Notes: generated from the sequence alone by a model not told the origin. Numbered from the stretch's first letter, positions 15,436 through 30,240 are shown. The stretch: 64,000 bases of DNA from Eledone cirrhosa (GCA_964016885.1 OZ024741.1:264988001-265052000), one strand, 5' to 3'. Program-made: numbers and translations.

Positions 15436-15757
15436 TTATCTATGCATATATACACACACACAGATAGCGAAGTCATTGTCGTAATGCAGACAACCAGACA
15501 TACAGACAGATATTATAAGGGCGCGACATTGTATCTATGTATCTATCTAAAAAGAAAGACTAAGAATTATAGAGAGAGATCGCTAAATCGCCTAATGCGG
15601 CCCCTAGGGCATTGAAAATTTGAAATAATTTTTGCTCAAAACGCTCACAGGACCATAAGTATTTCATGTGTAAAGTTTGAAAAAAATCGGTTGTGTGGTT
15701 CTCGAGCTTTAGGGAGTCAGACAGACAGACAGACATTCTCTGTTTTAGATATATAGA
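14821..15757 (-). mobile_element. Non-autonomous Helitron
   Basis: Minus strand starts TCTATATATCTAAAACAGAGAATGTCTGTCTG and ends with hairpin CCCGAGCAACGCCGGG plus CTAG; inserted between A and T, no TSD. Confidence 0.8.
15292..15342 (-). ncRNA. Hammerhead-like motif with CAGAAGA (U4A) core; family copy
   Basis: Minus strand AGTTT-CAGAAGA-T-CCC-GTTAA-GGG-T-GAAA-GCAGCGATTCTTTGC-TT^AAACT. Confidence 0.6.
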
Positions 15758-15881
<124 letters not shown>

Positions 15882-16450
15882 AGTGGGTCTCTGCATGTGT
15901 GCATATATGTGTACATATATATAGATGTATGCATGGTTTATACATATATATATATGTAAAGATGTATGTACTGTTTATATATATATATATATGTGTGTGT
16001 GTGCGTGTGTGTGTATATGTGTGTGTTTGAGTGGGTCTCTGTATGTGTGTATATATGTGTATATATATATATGTATGCATGGTATATACATCTATATATG
16101 TATAAATGTGTGTATGGTTTATTAATATTTGTGTATGTGTGTGTGCGAGTGTGTCCAGAAAGAGAGAGATAAACAGATAGATAGATAAAGAGAGAGAGAC
16201 AGAGAGAGAGAGACAGAGAGAGAGAGAGATCAACTGTTTGTTTTTTCCCTTCTTTAAGCAAATGATGACCTTTCTGTACAAGAGATTTACTATCTTTCAC
16301 ACACACCAACAGTCGCCATGATGGATCACTCACGTTTTCTATTTCAAAGATCCTAAAAAAAATCACCTGGCAGTATTTACACCAGAGCCTTTTTATTACA
16401 TGAGAACAGAAATGTAGGTCTAAGTAATATTTCAATAACAACAGTTTTAT

Positions 16451-16515
<65 letters not shown>

Positions 16516-16567
16516 TCACTCTCTCTCTCACTCTCTCTCGCACTCTCTCTCCCTCTCTCTTTTACTT

Positions 16568-16609
<42 letters not shown>

Positions 16610-16690
16610 ATTGGTGTTGGATGCTTAAAGAGTCCTTATGCGGTAGGCCATTTGAGCATTCGATGCTCTCATAGAGCAGAGTAGAATCAA

Positions 16691-16786
16691 GACGTATCTG
16701 AGGACCTTGCGATTTTTAGAGTCAGGTTCGATCATCACATCGATCGTGCCTCGAGCTGGTCGCCAGAGAAACGATTGTAATATGTC
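16691..16786 (+). ncRNA. Type I hammerhead with a long stem II, in a (TA)n-flanked PLE-type 3' remnant (about 16611-16830)
   Basis: GACGTAT-CTGAGGA-CCTTGCGA...TCGCCAGA-GAAA-CGATTG-TA^ATATGTC, then AATAAA. Confidence 0.75.
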
Positions 16787-16851
16787 CAATAAATTCCATT
16801 CGTTGCAACACTGATTCTCTTTTTTTGTGATATATATATATATATGCGATA

Positions 16852-16913
<62 letters not shown>

Positions 16914-16987
16914 TATATATTTATATTTGTATATATATATAGAAATAATAAATGTGGAAACTAAAATCCGAAGAGGGCTCGATAAGG

Positions 16988-17071
<84 letters not shown>

Positions 17072-17105
17072 CCTAGAAAAAATATTTATTATAAGAACAG
17101 ATTTA

Positions 17106-17154
17106 AGTTTAAGCAAAGAATCGCTGCTTTCGCCCTTAATGGGATCTTCTGAAA

Positions 17155-17156
<2 letters not shown>
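17106..17156 (-). ncRNA. Hammerhead-like motif, U4A family copy
   Basis: Same sequence as 15292-15342 with two stem II or loop changes. Confidence 0.6.
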
Positions 17157-17228
<72 letters not shown>

Positions 17229-17257
17229 TGTATGTATGTATGTATGTATGTATGTAT

Positions 17258-17764
17258 GTGACTTTGGACATCCTGCAGGACTAAAAACAAAACCTGTCAA
17301 GGGGAAAAGGAGCTCTTAAGAGTCAATGGCCATCCAAAATCACCGGGAGAGATGACCCCTTAGCCTTTGTCAAGGCAGAATTCTAGGAGAAGGAAAACTC
17401 TGATATAACACCTGCAACCTTGATGGTATCCAATGATGTTGACTTGTTCTTCTTTTTGGTAAATATCATCTTGGTTAAGAGAGTGGGACTGGCTTTGTGC
17501 AGTGCCTTTGCTCACTATAAAAGCTTCACGACACAGGCATTGCTTTATATCTGGAGATCTCTCTGCACTTGTCGTCACATGGTACCAAGGGTCCAGCACT
17601 ATGTGTCAATAATTGTCACAAGTGTAGTGTTTGTACCAGAGTTTTCAAGTCGCTGGCTGGACTAAAAGTCACACTCGTTCAGCGCATCGGTAGGGGTTCT
17701 CCTACATGGATATAAAGTAGTGGCCGTACTCAAAAACGAGTTGGCAGCCACCATGTATGTATGT
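17258..17764 (+). mobile_element. Short RTE-derived element, copy 2, inverted relative to copy 1, with (ATGT)n tail
   Basis: Near-identical reverse complement of 12101-12599; identical 79-aa ORF tail in the ORF track. Confidence 0.7.
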
Positions 17765-18794
17765 CAGTTGGATTTAATTTTCCCATTACATTCATCATGA
17801 CCAACATACAAAAATCAATAACAACTAAAAATAATGAAAACTGTACACAGTACAGAGAAACTACACATACAAACAATGACGGATAACAAATAATACATTA
17901 AGATATTTCTATTAGCACCATTCTTTCAATCGTCACAATCTTCACAATAGCTGATATGAATTAATGCTAGTTTCTTTTGTTTAACAAGGGGGATTGCAAG
18001 GGGGATTGGTGCAGTTGATTCAAAGCTGTTTGTTAAATAGACGTTAGAGGAATGAAAGTTTAAGTCAAACAGGCTGAAAGGATTTCAGCTGAGAACCAAA
18101 AGGAAGGAAATGAACTATTGTAATAATCTTAAGACATAGATTAATCGATCAATCTACAAGATCCCAGACCTCGTTTGCTTCCCAATTGGGGGGAACTCGT
18201 TAGTTTCCATTGGTCTTTCCATTGCTGATACTATCTACCGTCTGCAAATCCTGGCAGATCAAGATTCTTGAAGGAATCGATCCACTAGATCCCAGACCTC
18301 ATTCTGTTACTGATTAGAGTGAAACTTCTTATATCGGACCAAGGAAATATTAGTTTCCACTAGTCGTTCCACTGTTGATACTATCTACCCGGTTGCAACT
18401 CCTGGCAGAAAAAGCAGCGTGAAATAAAATGTCTTGCTCTAACCACTAAGCCTTCTCCAGGACTATGAAGAAGGAAAAATTCAGACGAAAAGAATAAATT
18501 TATTTTAGACTTGAATGAGTTCTTTCAGATCATAAGGAGAAAAACAATAAGATGAAAGAGATTTCTAAAGTCTGGCAGTTCAAGGGAAAATAGTTACATT
18601 AAGGGGACACCTGTTTTTGGAATACTCAACTCTTTACAGTTAAATGTTCAGTTGACCAAATGACTGAATGCTCATCGTTGAAACCGATGGAGAACCAAAT
18701 CCATCCAATATATAACTGGCGGGAACTAGAAATTCCATCCTTTGTAAATTGTCCTATTTCGATTTTTCTATTTTGATACCTTAACTTACAGGCT

Positions 18795-19293
18795 TTACCC
18801 ATGGTCCTGAATCTTGGGTAATGACCGAAAGAATACGATTACGAGTACAAGCGGCCGAAATGGGATTCCTCCGAAGGTCCTTTGGAATAACGTTACTCGA
18901 TAGAATGCGCAGATCGGAGATCGAAGAATCACTCCAGGTAGAGTTGCTATTTCTCCGAATTGAGAGATCACAGCTCCGATACTACGGATATAGGATTAGA
19001 ATGTCTCAAGAAAGAATCGCTGGACAGATTTTACGGTAAAACCAACCGACAGGAGATTCATGGGTAGACCCTGAGCAAGATGGTTGGATAACATCCATGG
19101 GCTTGACTGGTCTCGCCTGGGGATCAGTTGAAGACGGTTGTTCTAACAGGATCCTCTGGAAGGAGAGTTTGAGAACTTTTCCCCTACGACTTTCTCAAGA
19201 AGAAGAAGAAGAAGAAGAAGAAGAAGAAGAAGAAGAAGAAGAAGAAGAAGAAGAAGAAGAAGAAGAAGAAGAAGAAGAAGAAGAAGAAGAAGA
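18795..19293 (+). mobile_element. RTE-clade LINE 3' fragment (degenerate) with (GAA)n tail
   Basis: MTERIRLRVQAAEMGFLRR..IERSQLRYYG..RMSQER..GRP..RWLDNI, the post-RT motifs of RTE elements. Confidence 0.85.
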
Positions 19294-19559
19294 ACTTGTA
19301 GACCTTCACAACAGTTTCAATATTTAAATGATATGGATTGTCTTCGATTTCCGACGATAGTTAAGGTAGTTTATAGCGTAACATTGAAAAAAAAAAACAT
19401 GTGGCAAGCAGAATAATATTCCAGATGAATTCTGTGATAGACACAAGGGTACAAGGCTACATACTTTGTGATGGAAGAAGGTTAGAGTCGGTCATATCAA
19501 TCACCTTACTTAAACTTCGGATGGACGAATTCTAAATCTCAGCACAATTTAAAGCCTCA

Positions 19560-19935
19560 GCGTACAGGGATGTAACTATCTTTAGTCACTGCGGTATAGT
19601 ATGATCCCATATCTCCTGATGGAGTCGTTGGGGTGCAATATTGACATACGGCGTTTCTAGGCCATTTTTTTATTTTTATAAAACTTGGCGGAACCCATCC
19701 CCTCTCCAGGTCTGAATACAACAGATGTCTTCTAGCGAAGGATGAAGAGATGTGAGAAAGATGTAGAGGAAGAATCGACACCAGTGCTAGACTGGTACAA
19801 TTTTTCATTGACCTTGAATAGATGAAAAGCAATGAAGACCTTTGTGGGATTTGAACTCAGAGAGCAGAACGCCGAAACGAATACCAGAACACATTCTATC
19901 TGACGTTCTAATGATTCTGCCAATTCTGCTGCTTT
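19560..19935 (-). mobile_element. SINE with extended 3' part; related copies at 26380-26712 and 27255-27588, partial plus-strand copy at 26820-26940
   Basis: Shared GGCGTTTCTAGG...TCTGAATACA..AGATTTCTTCCAGAGAAGGAT next to the family-A core. Confidence 0.7.
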
Positions 19936-20257
19936 TATCACTATTAAGTAGAGTAAAGAAGCGGCAGTTATATACCGAAGATTAATTTACTCAGGGATGC
20001 CATTCATATAAAACAGCAACTGTTAAGTTCTTGTTGACGTTTTTTAATGTAGTGGATGTCAAAAATCCAATTAGAGTTACTTATGCAGTGAAGAAAAGAC
20101 AAGTTTATCTTAACTAATATTAATTAATCTTCATACTATGTTATTTTTCACCGTATTATTATTTCTAATTAATACTAATTAATGATTAACATCCAATAAT
20201 TAGATATAGTAATAAATTCAATCTACTAAACCAAGAAACTTAGTATTAAAGGGTCTT

Positions 20258-21692
20258 CTTCGTTGTCACTAGAACTGGCAGAAATAGCAGCCAAATCTTC
20301 CTCACAAACTACGCCATACCTTCTATGTTGTCACAAGAACTGGCAGAAATAGCAACCAAATCTTCCTCACAAACTACACCATACCTTCTACGTTGTCACT
20401 AGAACTGGCAGAAATAGCAGCCAAATCTTCCTCACAAACTACACCATACCTTCTACGTTGTCACTAGAACTGGTAGAAATAGCAGCCATATCTTCCTCAC
20501 AAACTACGCCATACCTTCTACGTTGTCACTAGAACTGGTAGAAATAGCAGCCATATCTTCCTCACAAACTACGCCATACCTTCTACGTTGTCACTAGAAC
20601 TGGCAGAAATAGCAGCCAAATCTTCCTCACAAACTACACCATACCTTCTACGTTGTTACAAGAACTGGTAGAAATAGCAGCCAAATCTTCCTCACAAACT
20701 ACGCCATACCTTCTATGTTGTCACAAGAACTGGCAGAAATAGCAGCCAAATCTTCCTCACAAACTACACCATACCTTCTATGTTGTCACAAGAACTGGTA
20801 GAAATAGCAGCCAAATCTTCCTCACAAACTACACCATACCTTCTACGTTGTTACAAGAACTGGTAGAAATAGCAGCCAAATCTTCCTCACAAACTACACC
20901 ATACCTTCTATGTTGTCACAAGAACTGGCAGAAATAGCAGCCAAATCTTCCTCACAAACTACACCATACCTTCTATGTTGTCACAAGAACTGGTAGAAAT
21001 AGCAGCCAAATCTTCCTCACAAACTACACCATACCTTCTACGTTGTTACAAGAACTGGTAGAAATAGCAGCCAAATCTTCCTCACAAACTACGCCATACC
21101 TTCTATGTTGTCACAAGAACTGGTAGAAATAGCAGCCAAATCTTCCTCACAAACTACACCATACCTTCTATGTTGTCACTAGAACTGGTAGAAATAGCAG
21201 CCAAATCTTTCTCACAAACTACACCATATATTCTACGTTGTCACTAGAACTGGTAGAAATAGCAGCCAAATCTTCCTTACAAACTACACCATACCTTCTA
21301 CGTTGTCACGAGAACTGGTAGAAATAGCAGCCAAATCTTCCTCACAAACTACACCATACCTTCTACGTTGTCACTAGAACTGGTAGAAATAGCAGCCAAA
21401 TCTTCCTCACAAACTACACCATACCCTCTTTTCGTTGTCACTAGAACTGGCAGAAATAGCAGCCAAATCTTCCTCACAAACTACACCATAACTTCTACGT
21501 TGTCACTAGAACTGGTAGAAATAGCAGCCAAATCTTCCTCACAAACTACACCATACCCTCTTCGTTGTCACTAGAACTGGCAGAAATAGCAGCCAAATCT
21601 TCCTCACAAACTACACCATATATTCTACGTTGTCACTAGAACTGGTAGAAATAGCAGCCAAATCTTCCTCACAAACTACGCCATACCTTCTT
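20258..21692. repeat. 65-bp minisatellite, about 22 copies
   Basis: AGAACTGG at 20271, 20336, 20401 and onward; unit contains AGAAATAGCAGCCAAATCTTCCTCACAAACTAC. Confidence 0.97.
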
Positions 21693-22454
21693 CAAAGATA
21701 CATTGATCAATGTACTCCCTAGTATACAAAAGGATGATATGGCCACGGATGGAGCGCTTTTGGTCACTAGTCTTCTCGTTTGTCGTTGACCTGAGACTTG
21801 ATAACGACAATAACAATTTAGTCACGGGTGGAGCGATTTTGATCACGAGTTTTCTCGTTTTATCGCCAGCCTAGGGCTAAATAACGACAATAACAAATTT
21901 CATTCTATTTCAAACATTTGAGACAATGAAGGTGGCTCTATGTGGTCGTTCAAGAGGCTAGAAATAACAGCCAAATAATACCCAAATCATAATCTATCGC
22001 TTTGAAGAAAACAAAAAAAAAACAGAACATGTTATATTAAAGTGGTACTGGGTTCTCCTATATATATATAGGGGAGAGGTGGTCACGGCTGGAACGACTC
22101 TGACCATAACTCTATTCAATCAGGACTGATCTGGAGCTAGACAACAACAACAACCACAACAATAACCAATAACAACAACAACAGCAAACAACAATTAAGG
22201 TTATTCTCTGTAGACGGAAGATATTTTATCATTGGATATTGTGGTGGGTTGACATCTGAATCATGGCAACTGAGAGAAGCATGAACACCACACAATCCTC
22301 CTCTATAAGTCTGTGACCTTGTTCTTATGTAAGAAATCAATACACTGTAGAGATGAGACGTGCTACTACTTCTACTCTGCAATGGAATTCTCATAATGAT
22401 ATTCTCCCAAATCAATCGATGAGGAATTCAACGCAAAAGCTCCGCTACACTTAT

Positions 22455-22759
22455 TTTATTGTATTTTATTGTATTTTATTGTATTTTATTGCATTTTATT
22501 TTATTTTATTTTATTTTATTTTATTTTATTGTATTTTATTTTATTTTATTTTATTGTATTTTATTTTATTTTATTGTATTTTATTTTATTTTATTTTATT
22601 GTATTTTATGTTTATTTTATGTTTATTTATTGTTGTTGTTGTTGTTTACTTCCACTAATCGCTTCAGTCTTTCGTTCGTTCTTTTCTTTTCTTTTTTCCT
22701 TACATTTATATCTCTCTCTTTCTTTCTTTCTTTTTCTTGCATTAGCTTTCTTTCTTTTT

Positions 22760-22803
<44 letters not shown>

Positions 22804-22840
22804 TTATCAATATATTTTCATTTCTTTCTTTCGTTCTTTT

Positions 22841-22884
<44 letters not shown>

Positions 22885-24080
22885 TCCTTCTTTCCTTCTT
22901 TCCTTCATTCTTCCATCAATATATCATCATTTCTCTTTCTTCCTTCCATTAGTATCTCATTCTCTCACCACCAGCCTCACCATCCCCACCATCCTCACGT
23001 CGCCATACTACATCATCATCATCAGCCTCACCTCACCATACTACATCATCATCATCATCAGCCTCACCTCACCATACTACATCATCATCATCATCATCAG
23101 CCTCACCTCACCATACTCCACCACCATCCCCACCACCATCCCCACCATCCCCTCCATCATCATCATCAGCCTCACCTCACCATCCCCACCACCATCCCCA
23201 CCATCCCCACCATCATCATCATCATCAGCCTCACCTCACCATACTCCATCATCATCATCAGCCTCACCTCACCATACTCCACCACCATCCCCACCATCAT
23301 CTCCATCATCATCATCAGCCTCACCTCACCATACTCCACCACCATCCCCACCACCATCCCCACCATCCCCACCACCACCATCATCAGCCTCACCTCACCA
23401 TACTCCACCACCATCCCCACCACCACCACCACCATCCCCACCACCATCCCCACCATCACCACCACCACCATCACCACCACCACCATCCCCACCACCATCC
23501 CCACCACCATCCCCGCCACCACCACCATCAGCCTCACCTCACCATACACCACCACCACCATCAGCCTCACCTCACCATCCCCGCCACCACCACCACCAGC
23601 CTCACCTCACCATACGCCACCACCACCACCAGCCTCACCTCACCATACGCCACCACCACCACCAGCCTCACCTCACCATACGCCACCACCACCACCAGCC
23701 TCACCTCACCATACGCCACCACCACCACCAGCCTCACCTCACCATACGCCACCACCACCACCAGCCTCACCTCACCATACGCCACCACCACCACCAGCCT
23801 CACCTCACCATACGCCACCACCACCACCAGCCTCACCTCACCATACGCCACCACCACCACCAGCCTCACCTCACCATACGCCACCACCACCACCAGCCTC
23901 ACCTCACCATACGCCACCACCACCACCAGCCTCACCTCACCATACGCCACCACCACCACCAGCCTCACCTCACCATACGCCACCACCACCACCAGCCTCA
24001 CCTCACCATACGCCACCACCACCACCAGCCTCACCTCACCATACGCCACCACCACCACCAGCCTCACCTCACCATACGCC
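22455..24080. repeat. (TTTTA)n, (TTTC)n and CAC/CAT-rich repeats that resolve into a 33-bp minisatellite (about 15 copies, 23590-24080)
   Basis: Unit CCAGCCTCACCTCACCATACGCCACCACCACCA. Confidence 0.95.
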
Positions 24081-24167
24081 ATCTAATCACAATACCAACT
24101 ATCCTCATTATTTCTAGTTATTTCGTCTTGTCTCATTTATTGCTTCCTCCAATGTTCTCAATACCCT

Positions 24168-24200
<33 letters not shown>

Positions 24201-24264
24201 TTCTCACCCCTCTCTCTCACCCCACCCCCACTCCCTACGAACACACACAGAGTGTCCATGTCTG

Positions 24265-24315
<51 letters not shown>

Positions 24316-24825
24316 CTATCTATTTATCTCTCTCTTACACAAACACACACACACTCTCTCTCTCTCTTTCTCTCTCTATCGCTCTATCTATCTCATACAC
24401 ATACATACACACTATCTCTCTCTCTCTCTCTCTATCGCTCTATCTATATATCTATCTCATACACACACACACACATACACATACACATACACTCTCTCTT
24501 TCTCTCTCTTTATCTCTCTCTCTCTCTCTCTCTCAAACACACATTTCTCTTTCTCTCTCAGATTCTCTTTCTTTCTCTCACATACACACACATTATCCCC
24601 CTCTTTCTCCTATTATCCACTATCCTTTCTCTCCCTCACATATTTATCTCCCTTTATTTGCCTCTCCGTTTTCTTCACTCCTCACATCTCTCTCTAATAT
24701 ATTTCTGTCTCTATTATAATGTGTTATCTGCTCATCCACCAATCCATATATTTCTATTCCACCCCTTTCTCTTTTTATTCTCATCTTCTTGTCTCTCTTC
24801 TGCCTCTCTGTTTCTTTTATACACA

Positions 24826-24891
<66 letters not shown>

Positions 24892-25004
24892 CTCTCTCTC
24901 TCTTCCTCTCCCTCTCTCTCTCCATGTCTCCCTCATTCAATATATTTCTCTATTATTATATATGTCGTTCAGTACATCACTCTCTTTGTCTTTTTATTTT
25001 CATT

Positions 25005-25039
<35 letters not shown>

Positions 25040-25142
25040 CCTCTCCTACATACACACACATATACACTCTCTCTCCCTCTTTCACACTCCCGCCTCTCTC
25101 CCTCGCCCCTATATCTCCCTCTTCCCCTCTTCTCTCTCCCAT

Positions 25143-25174
<32 letters not shown>

Positions 25175-25185
25175 CATATACATAC

Positions 25186-25269
<84 letters not shown>

Positions 25270-25406
25270 CCAGCCTATTATACATGTCTTTCACAACATC
25301 ACTCTATATTCACCGTTTCATTATTTCTCTCATTGATTTATTCTTCTTTTTCTTTTTTTTTCTACATACATTCATACATTTAGTATTTATTCCTCTCTAC
25401 TAAGAC

Positions 25407-26098
25407 TTGGTTGGTTGGCTGGCTGGTTGGTTGGTTGGTTGGTTGGTTGGTTGATGATTTGGTTGGTTGGTTGGTTGGTTGGTTGGTGATTTGGTTGGTT
25501 GGTTGGTTGGTTGGTTGGTGATTTGGTTGGTTGGTTGGTGATTTGGTTGGCTGGCTGGTTGATTGTGTGGTTGGCTGGTTGGCTAGTTGGTTGATTGTGT
25601 GGTTGGATGGTTGGTTGGCTGGTTGGTTAGTTGGTTGGTTGGTTGGTTGGTTGGTTGGTTGGTTGGTTGGTTGGTTGGTTGGTTGGTTGAGTGGTTGGTT
25701 GGCTGCTAGGTTGGTTGGTTAGTTGGTGGTTTGGTTGGCTGGTTGGCTGGCTGAGTGGCTTGTTGGATGTTTGGATGGCTGGCTGGTTGGCTGATTAGTG
25801 ATTTGGTTGGCTGGTTGGTTGGTTGAGTAGTTGGTTGGTTGGCTGGCTGGCTGGTTGGTTAGTTGGTTGGCTGGTTGGTTGGCTGGTTGGTAAGTTGGTT
25901 GGCTGGTTGGTTGGCTGGTTGGTTGGTTGGTAGGTTGGTTGGTCGGTTGGTTGGTTAGTTAGTTGGTTGAGTGGTTGGTGATTTGGTTGGTTGACTGGCT
26001 GGTTGGTTGGCTGGTTGACTGGCTGGTTGGTTATTTGGTTGGCTGGCTGGTTGATTGGTTGACTGGCTGGAGGTTTGATTGGTTTGCTGGTTGGCTAG
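25407..26098. repeat. Degenerate (TTGG)n/(CTGG)n microsatellite
   Basis: Visible directly. Confidence 0.95.
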
Positions 26099-27788
26099 TC
26101 ACCTCTGCCTTTCTTTCCTTCAATATACCCCCCTCCCCCCTTACCATCTTCAATCCAAACCTTGTCTTTACTTCAGTTCTTCCGACCATTACCTTTTGTC
26201 GTCCTTTGATCCTGTTTTCTTCTTCCCTTCATCAACATCACTTACCATATAATCGAATTATACGCTACATTATCTTTGATATATTTTCGGAGTCAATCTA
26301 ATTTCTCATTGTTACTTGTATTTGATAATAACGTAAGCGACATCAACAATCCGTAGACATGAGCTACCACATGTGTATAGTAAGGTATGGTCCCTTAACT
26401 CCTTTGAAGCCACAGGGGCGCCGTATTGACATAGGGCGTTTCTAGGGCACTTTTAAACCTGGCAGAGTCCATCTCCTCTTCATGTCTGAACACAGCAGAT
26501 TTCTTCCAGAGAAGGATAGAGAGTGAGAGAGAGAAAGTGAGAAAGAGATATAGAGGAAGAATGATCCCCCAGTACTAGACTGGTACTTTTTTTATCGACC
26601 TCGAATTGATGAAAAGCTAAGTTGACCTCGGCAGGATTTGAACTCAGAAAGAAGGGAGCCGGAACGAACACCGCAAATTGTTCTATCCGACGTTCTAACG
26701 ACTCTATCAATTATGCGTAAGGAAGTTGAAAATAGGAATCTTTATCATTCATGCCTTTCCCATGGACATAAAGTAACGTAATGGAAACGAATTTCATCTA
26801 AGAATAAGAACATACATTTGGTTGTATTCAGACCTGGAAAGGATTTGACTCCAACAGGTTTTAAAATGCCCTAGATACATCGTTTGTTAATACGGCGCCC
26901 CTACGATTCCTTCAGGAGTTACCGGACCATGCATGCTTCTAATATACTAGTGTAAAAATATTTCTAATTGATTATTACACGGATATTACTTCTGAGGTGC
27001 TGCCATTTATGTTACTAGCCAATATACCGTATCAACAACACAATCACAAATGGCCGATTAAATAAAGGAAGAAAAAAGAACACAGGTGAATTATAGAGAT
27101 AAATACAGTATAGTTAATGGCGTGTAGCATTGTGTAGCATTGTTTAGCATTGTGTTTCGTCTGGTTACAATACAGTAGCTATCGTGATTCTTCGATAATA
27201 AACTTGTACATCAAAACGTATAATGACAGGACATTGGGGGATGAATTGATGGTTTAACTATGCATGCATGGTCCCGTAACTTCCAATGGAGTCGTAGGGA
27301 CGCCGTATTGACTGATATACGGCGTTTCCAGGACATTTTAAAACCTGACGGAGCCCATCTCCTCTCCGGGTCTGAATACAGTAGATTTCTTCCAGAGAAG
27401 GATAGAGAGTGAGGGAGAGAAAGTGAGAGAGAGGAAGAAGCGACACTAGAATGGTGCATTTTTATAGACCCCGAAGGGATGAAAGGCAAAGTTGACCTCA
27501 ACGAGATATGAACTCAAAGAGCAGAGAGCCGGAACCAATACCACAAATCATTCTACCCGAAGTTCTAACGACTCGGCCAATTCGCCGCATTTTCCTGACT
27601 ATAAGATTTTTAAAACGTGTAATATGTTACATGTGAAAAAAACTTGGGCTGACTTTACCCGAGATGGACTTTCATTTGTGCAAATATGCTCCTTGGTTTT
27701 TGATGGATATTCTTCCGACGTCCATAAGAGACAGTTCTGTTTAAATATTTCCTTTGCAATTAAATTCCTTTCTTCGCCGTCATTGTAT

Positions 27789-27912
<124 letters not shown>

Positions 27913-28957
27913 GCACATACATACGCACATACATACACACATACACACGCATACACACACACATGTATATATATAAACTAATACACATACACATATATAT
28001 CTACATATCTCACAATGCTTCGAAATAACTACTCTACTATATTCTCATATATATATATGCACACACATATATATATATACATACACGCAGACACACACAA
28101 ACCCCAACACAAAATCAGAATTATTCAGGCTCATTTCAAACTATTGGCCATTGGTCAAGTCAGACCCTTAATTGGATTCCTGTCAACATTGACCAAATTA
28201 TAAGTAGTTTACTAGATTTCTAATTAAATACCCCAGAAGATCCCAAGCAATTAAATCACTCTGCAATCTCATTAGTCTATACTTCTCTTGACCCCTATTG
28301 CCCCACACCCACAGTGACACCATCTGTTGTTGCTGTAACATATACACCACGAGCCCCCGTCATTTTAGTGTTATGGCTGGCTGAATGATGCTGGCACAAC
28401 CGCCCGTAGAATCGACATTTCGAACCCTTGCACAGTTGTTACGAAATATTCTTGACCAAAACATTTTTCTTTCTCCTTTTGTCGTGGTAGCTTTAATCGT
28501 TTAACGCAACCACCTGGGACTTGACGGGGTGTCTTTGACGGGGTTCAGTCAGTTGCAAGTTTTCAGAGCAGGTCTCTGGTCCCAGGATATTTTTCTCTTT
28601 TCTTCCCACCAACCTGGAAGCCCTGAAAATGCTATGGATGCTGGTCGTTCTTATACAACTAAGCTTTTCAAATATTTTCCTAATTATCGCCGACAAAACG
28701 AGAAAAAGGGTGTCGTGTATACCTGTATACCTAGAACATATTTATATAGGTAGGAGAGACAATGCATGATAAACAAGTGTTTCGTGAACTTGCAGTTCTA
28801 AGTTCGAGACTTACTCAGTCAAAGGTCATGCAAAGAAAAGATCACTGTACTAGTATTCTTCCACAAAAGATTACCAGGTAAAATTAAGAATTCAGTCTAC
28901 CTGTATTACCGATGATGTTTACGAAACAGTGAAACAAAAACACATTGCCTCTGTCCC

Positions 28958-30240
28958 AGGAAATATATTGACATAAACATTTAACTGTAAATATTGTTCA
29001 CATTAGAAATATATTGACATAACCAGTTAACTGTAAACATTGTTCGCACTATAAAGATATTGACATAAACAGTTAACTGTAAATATTGTTCACACTAGAA
29101 ATATATTGACATAAACAATTAACTGTAAATATTGTTCACACTAGAAATATATTGACATAAACAATTAACTGTAAATATTGTTCACACTAGAAATATATTG
29201 ACATAAACAATTAACTGTAAATATTGTTCACACTAGAAATATATTGACATAACCAGTTAACTGTAAACAGTGTTCACACTAGAAATATATTGACATAACC
29301 AGTTAACTGTAAACATTGTTCACACTAGAAATATATTGACATAACCAGTTAACTGTAAACATTGTTCACACTAGCAATATATTGACATAAGCAATTAACT
29401 GTAAACATTGTTCACACTAGAAATATATTGACATAACCAGTTAACTGTAAACATTGTTCACACTAGAAATATATTGACATAAACAATTAACTGTAAATAT
29501 TGTTCACACTAGAAATATATTGACATAACCAGTTAACTGTAAACATTGTTCACACTAGCAATATATTGACATAAACAATTAACTGTAAGCATTGTTCACA
29601 CTAGAAATATATTGACATAACCAGTTAACTGTAAACATTGTTCACACTAGAAATATATTGACATAAACAATTAACTGTAAATATTGTTCACACTAGAAAT
29701 ATATTGACATAACCAGTTAACTGTAAACATTGTTCACACTAGAAATATATTGACATAAACAATTAACTGTAAATATTGTTCACACTAGAAATATATTGAC
29801 ATAACCAGTTAACTGTAAACATTGTTCACACTAGAAATATATTGACATAAACAATTAACTGTAAGCATTGTTCACACTAGAAATATATTGACATAACCAG
29901 TTAACTGTAAACATTGTTCACACTAGAAATATATTGACATAAACAATTAACTGTAAATATTGTTCACACTAGAAATATATTGACATAACCAGTTAACTGT
30001 AAACATTGTTCACACTAGAAATATATTGACATAAACAATTAACTGTAAATATTGTTCACACTAGAAATATATTGACATAACCAGTTAACTGTAAACATTG
30101 TTCACACTAGAAATATATTGACATAACCAGTTAACTGTAAACATTGTTCACACTAGAAATATATTGACATAAACAATTAACTGTAAACATTGTTCACACT
30201 AGAAATATATTGACATAACCAGTTAACTGTAAACATTGTA
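28958..30240. repeat. 46-bp minisatellite, about 28 copies, two interleaved variants
   Basis: TAGAAATATATTGACATAA(ACAA/CCAG)TTAACTGTAAA(T/C)ATTGTTCACAC; period 46 (29097, 29143 and onward). Confidence 0.97.

Noticed and set aside
22459-24697. 552-aa and 742-aa Pro/His-rich extensin-like ORFs
   Set aside because: Built from TTTTA, TTTC and a 33-bp minisatellite; open in multiple frames and on both strands.
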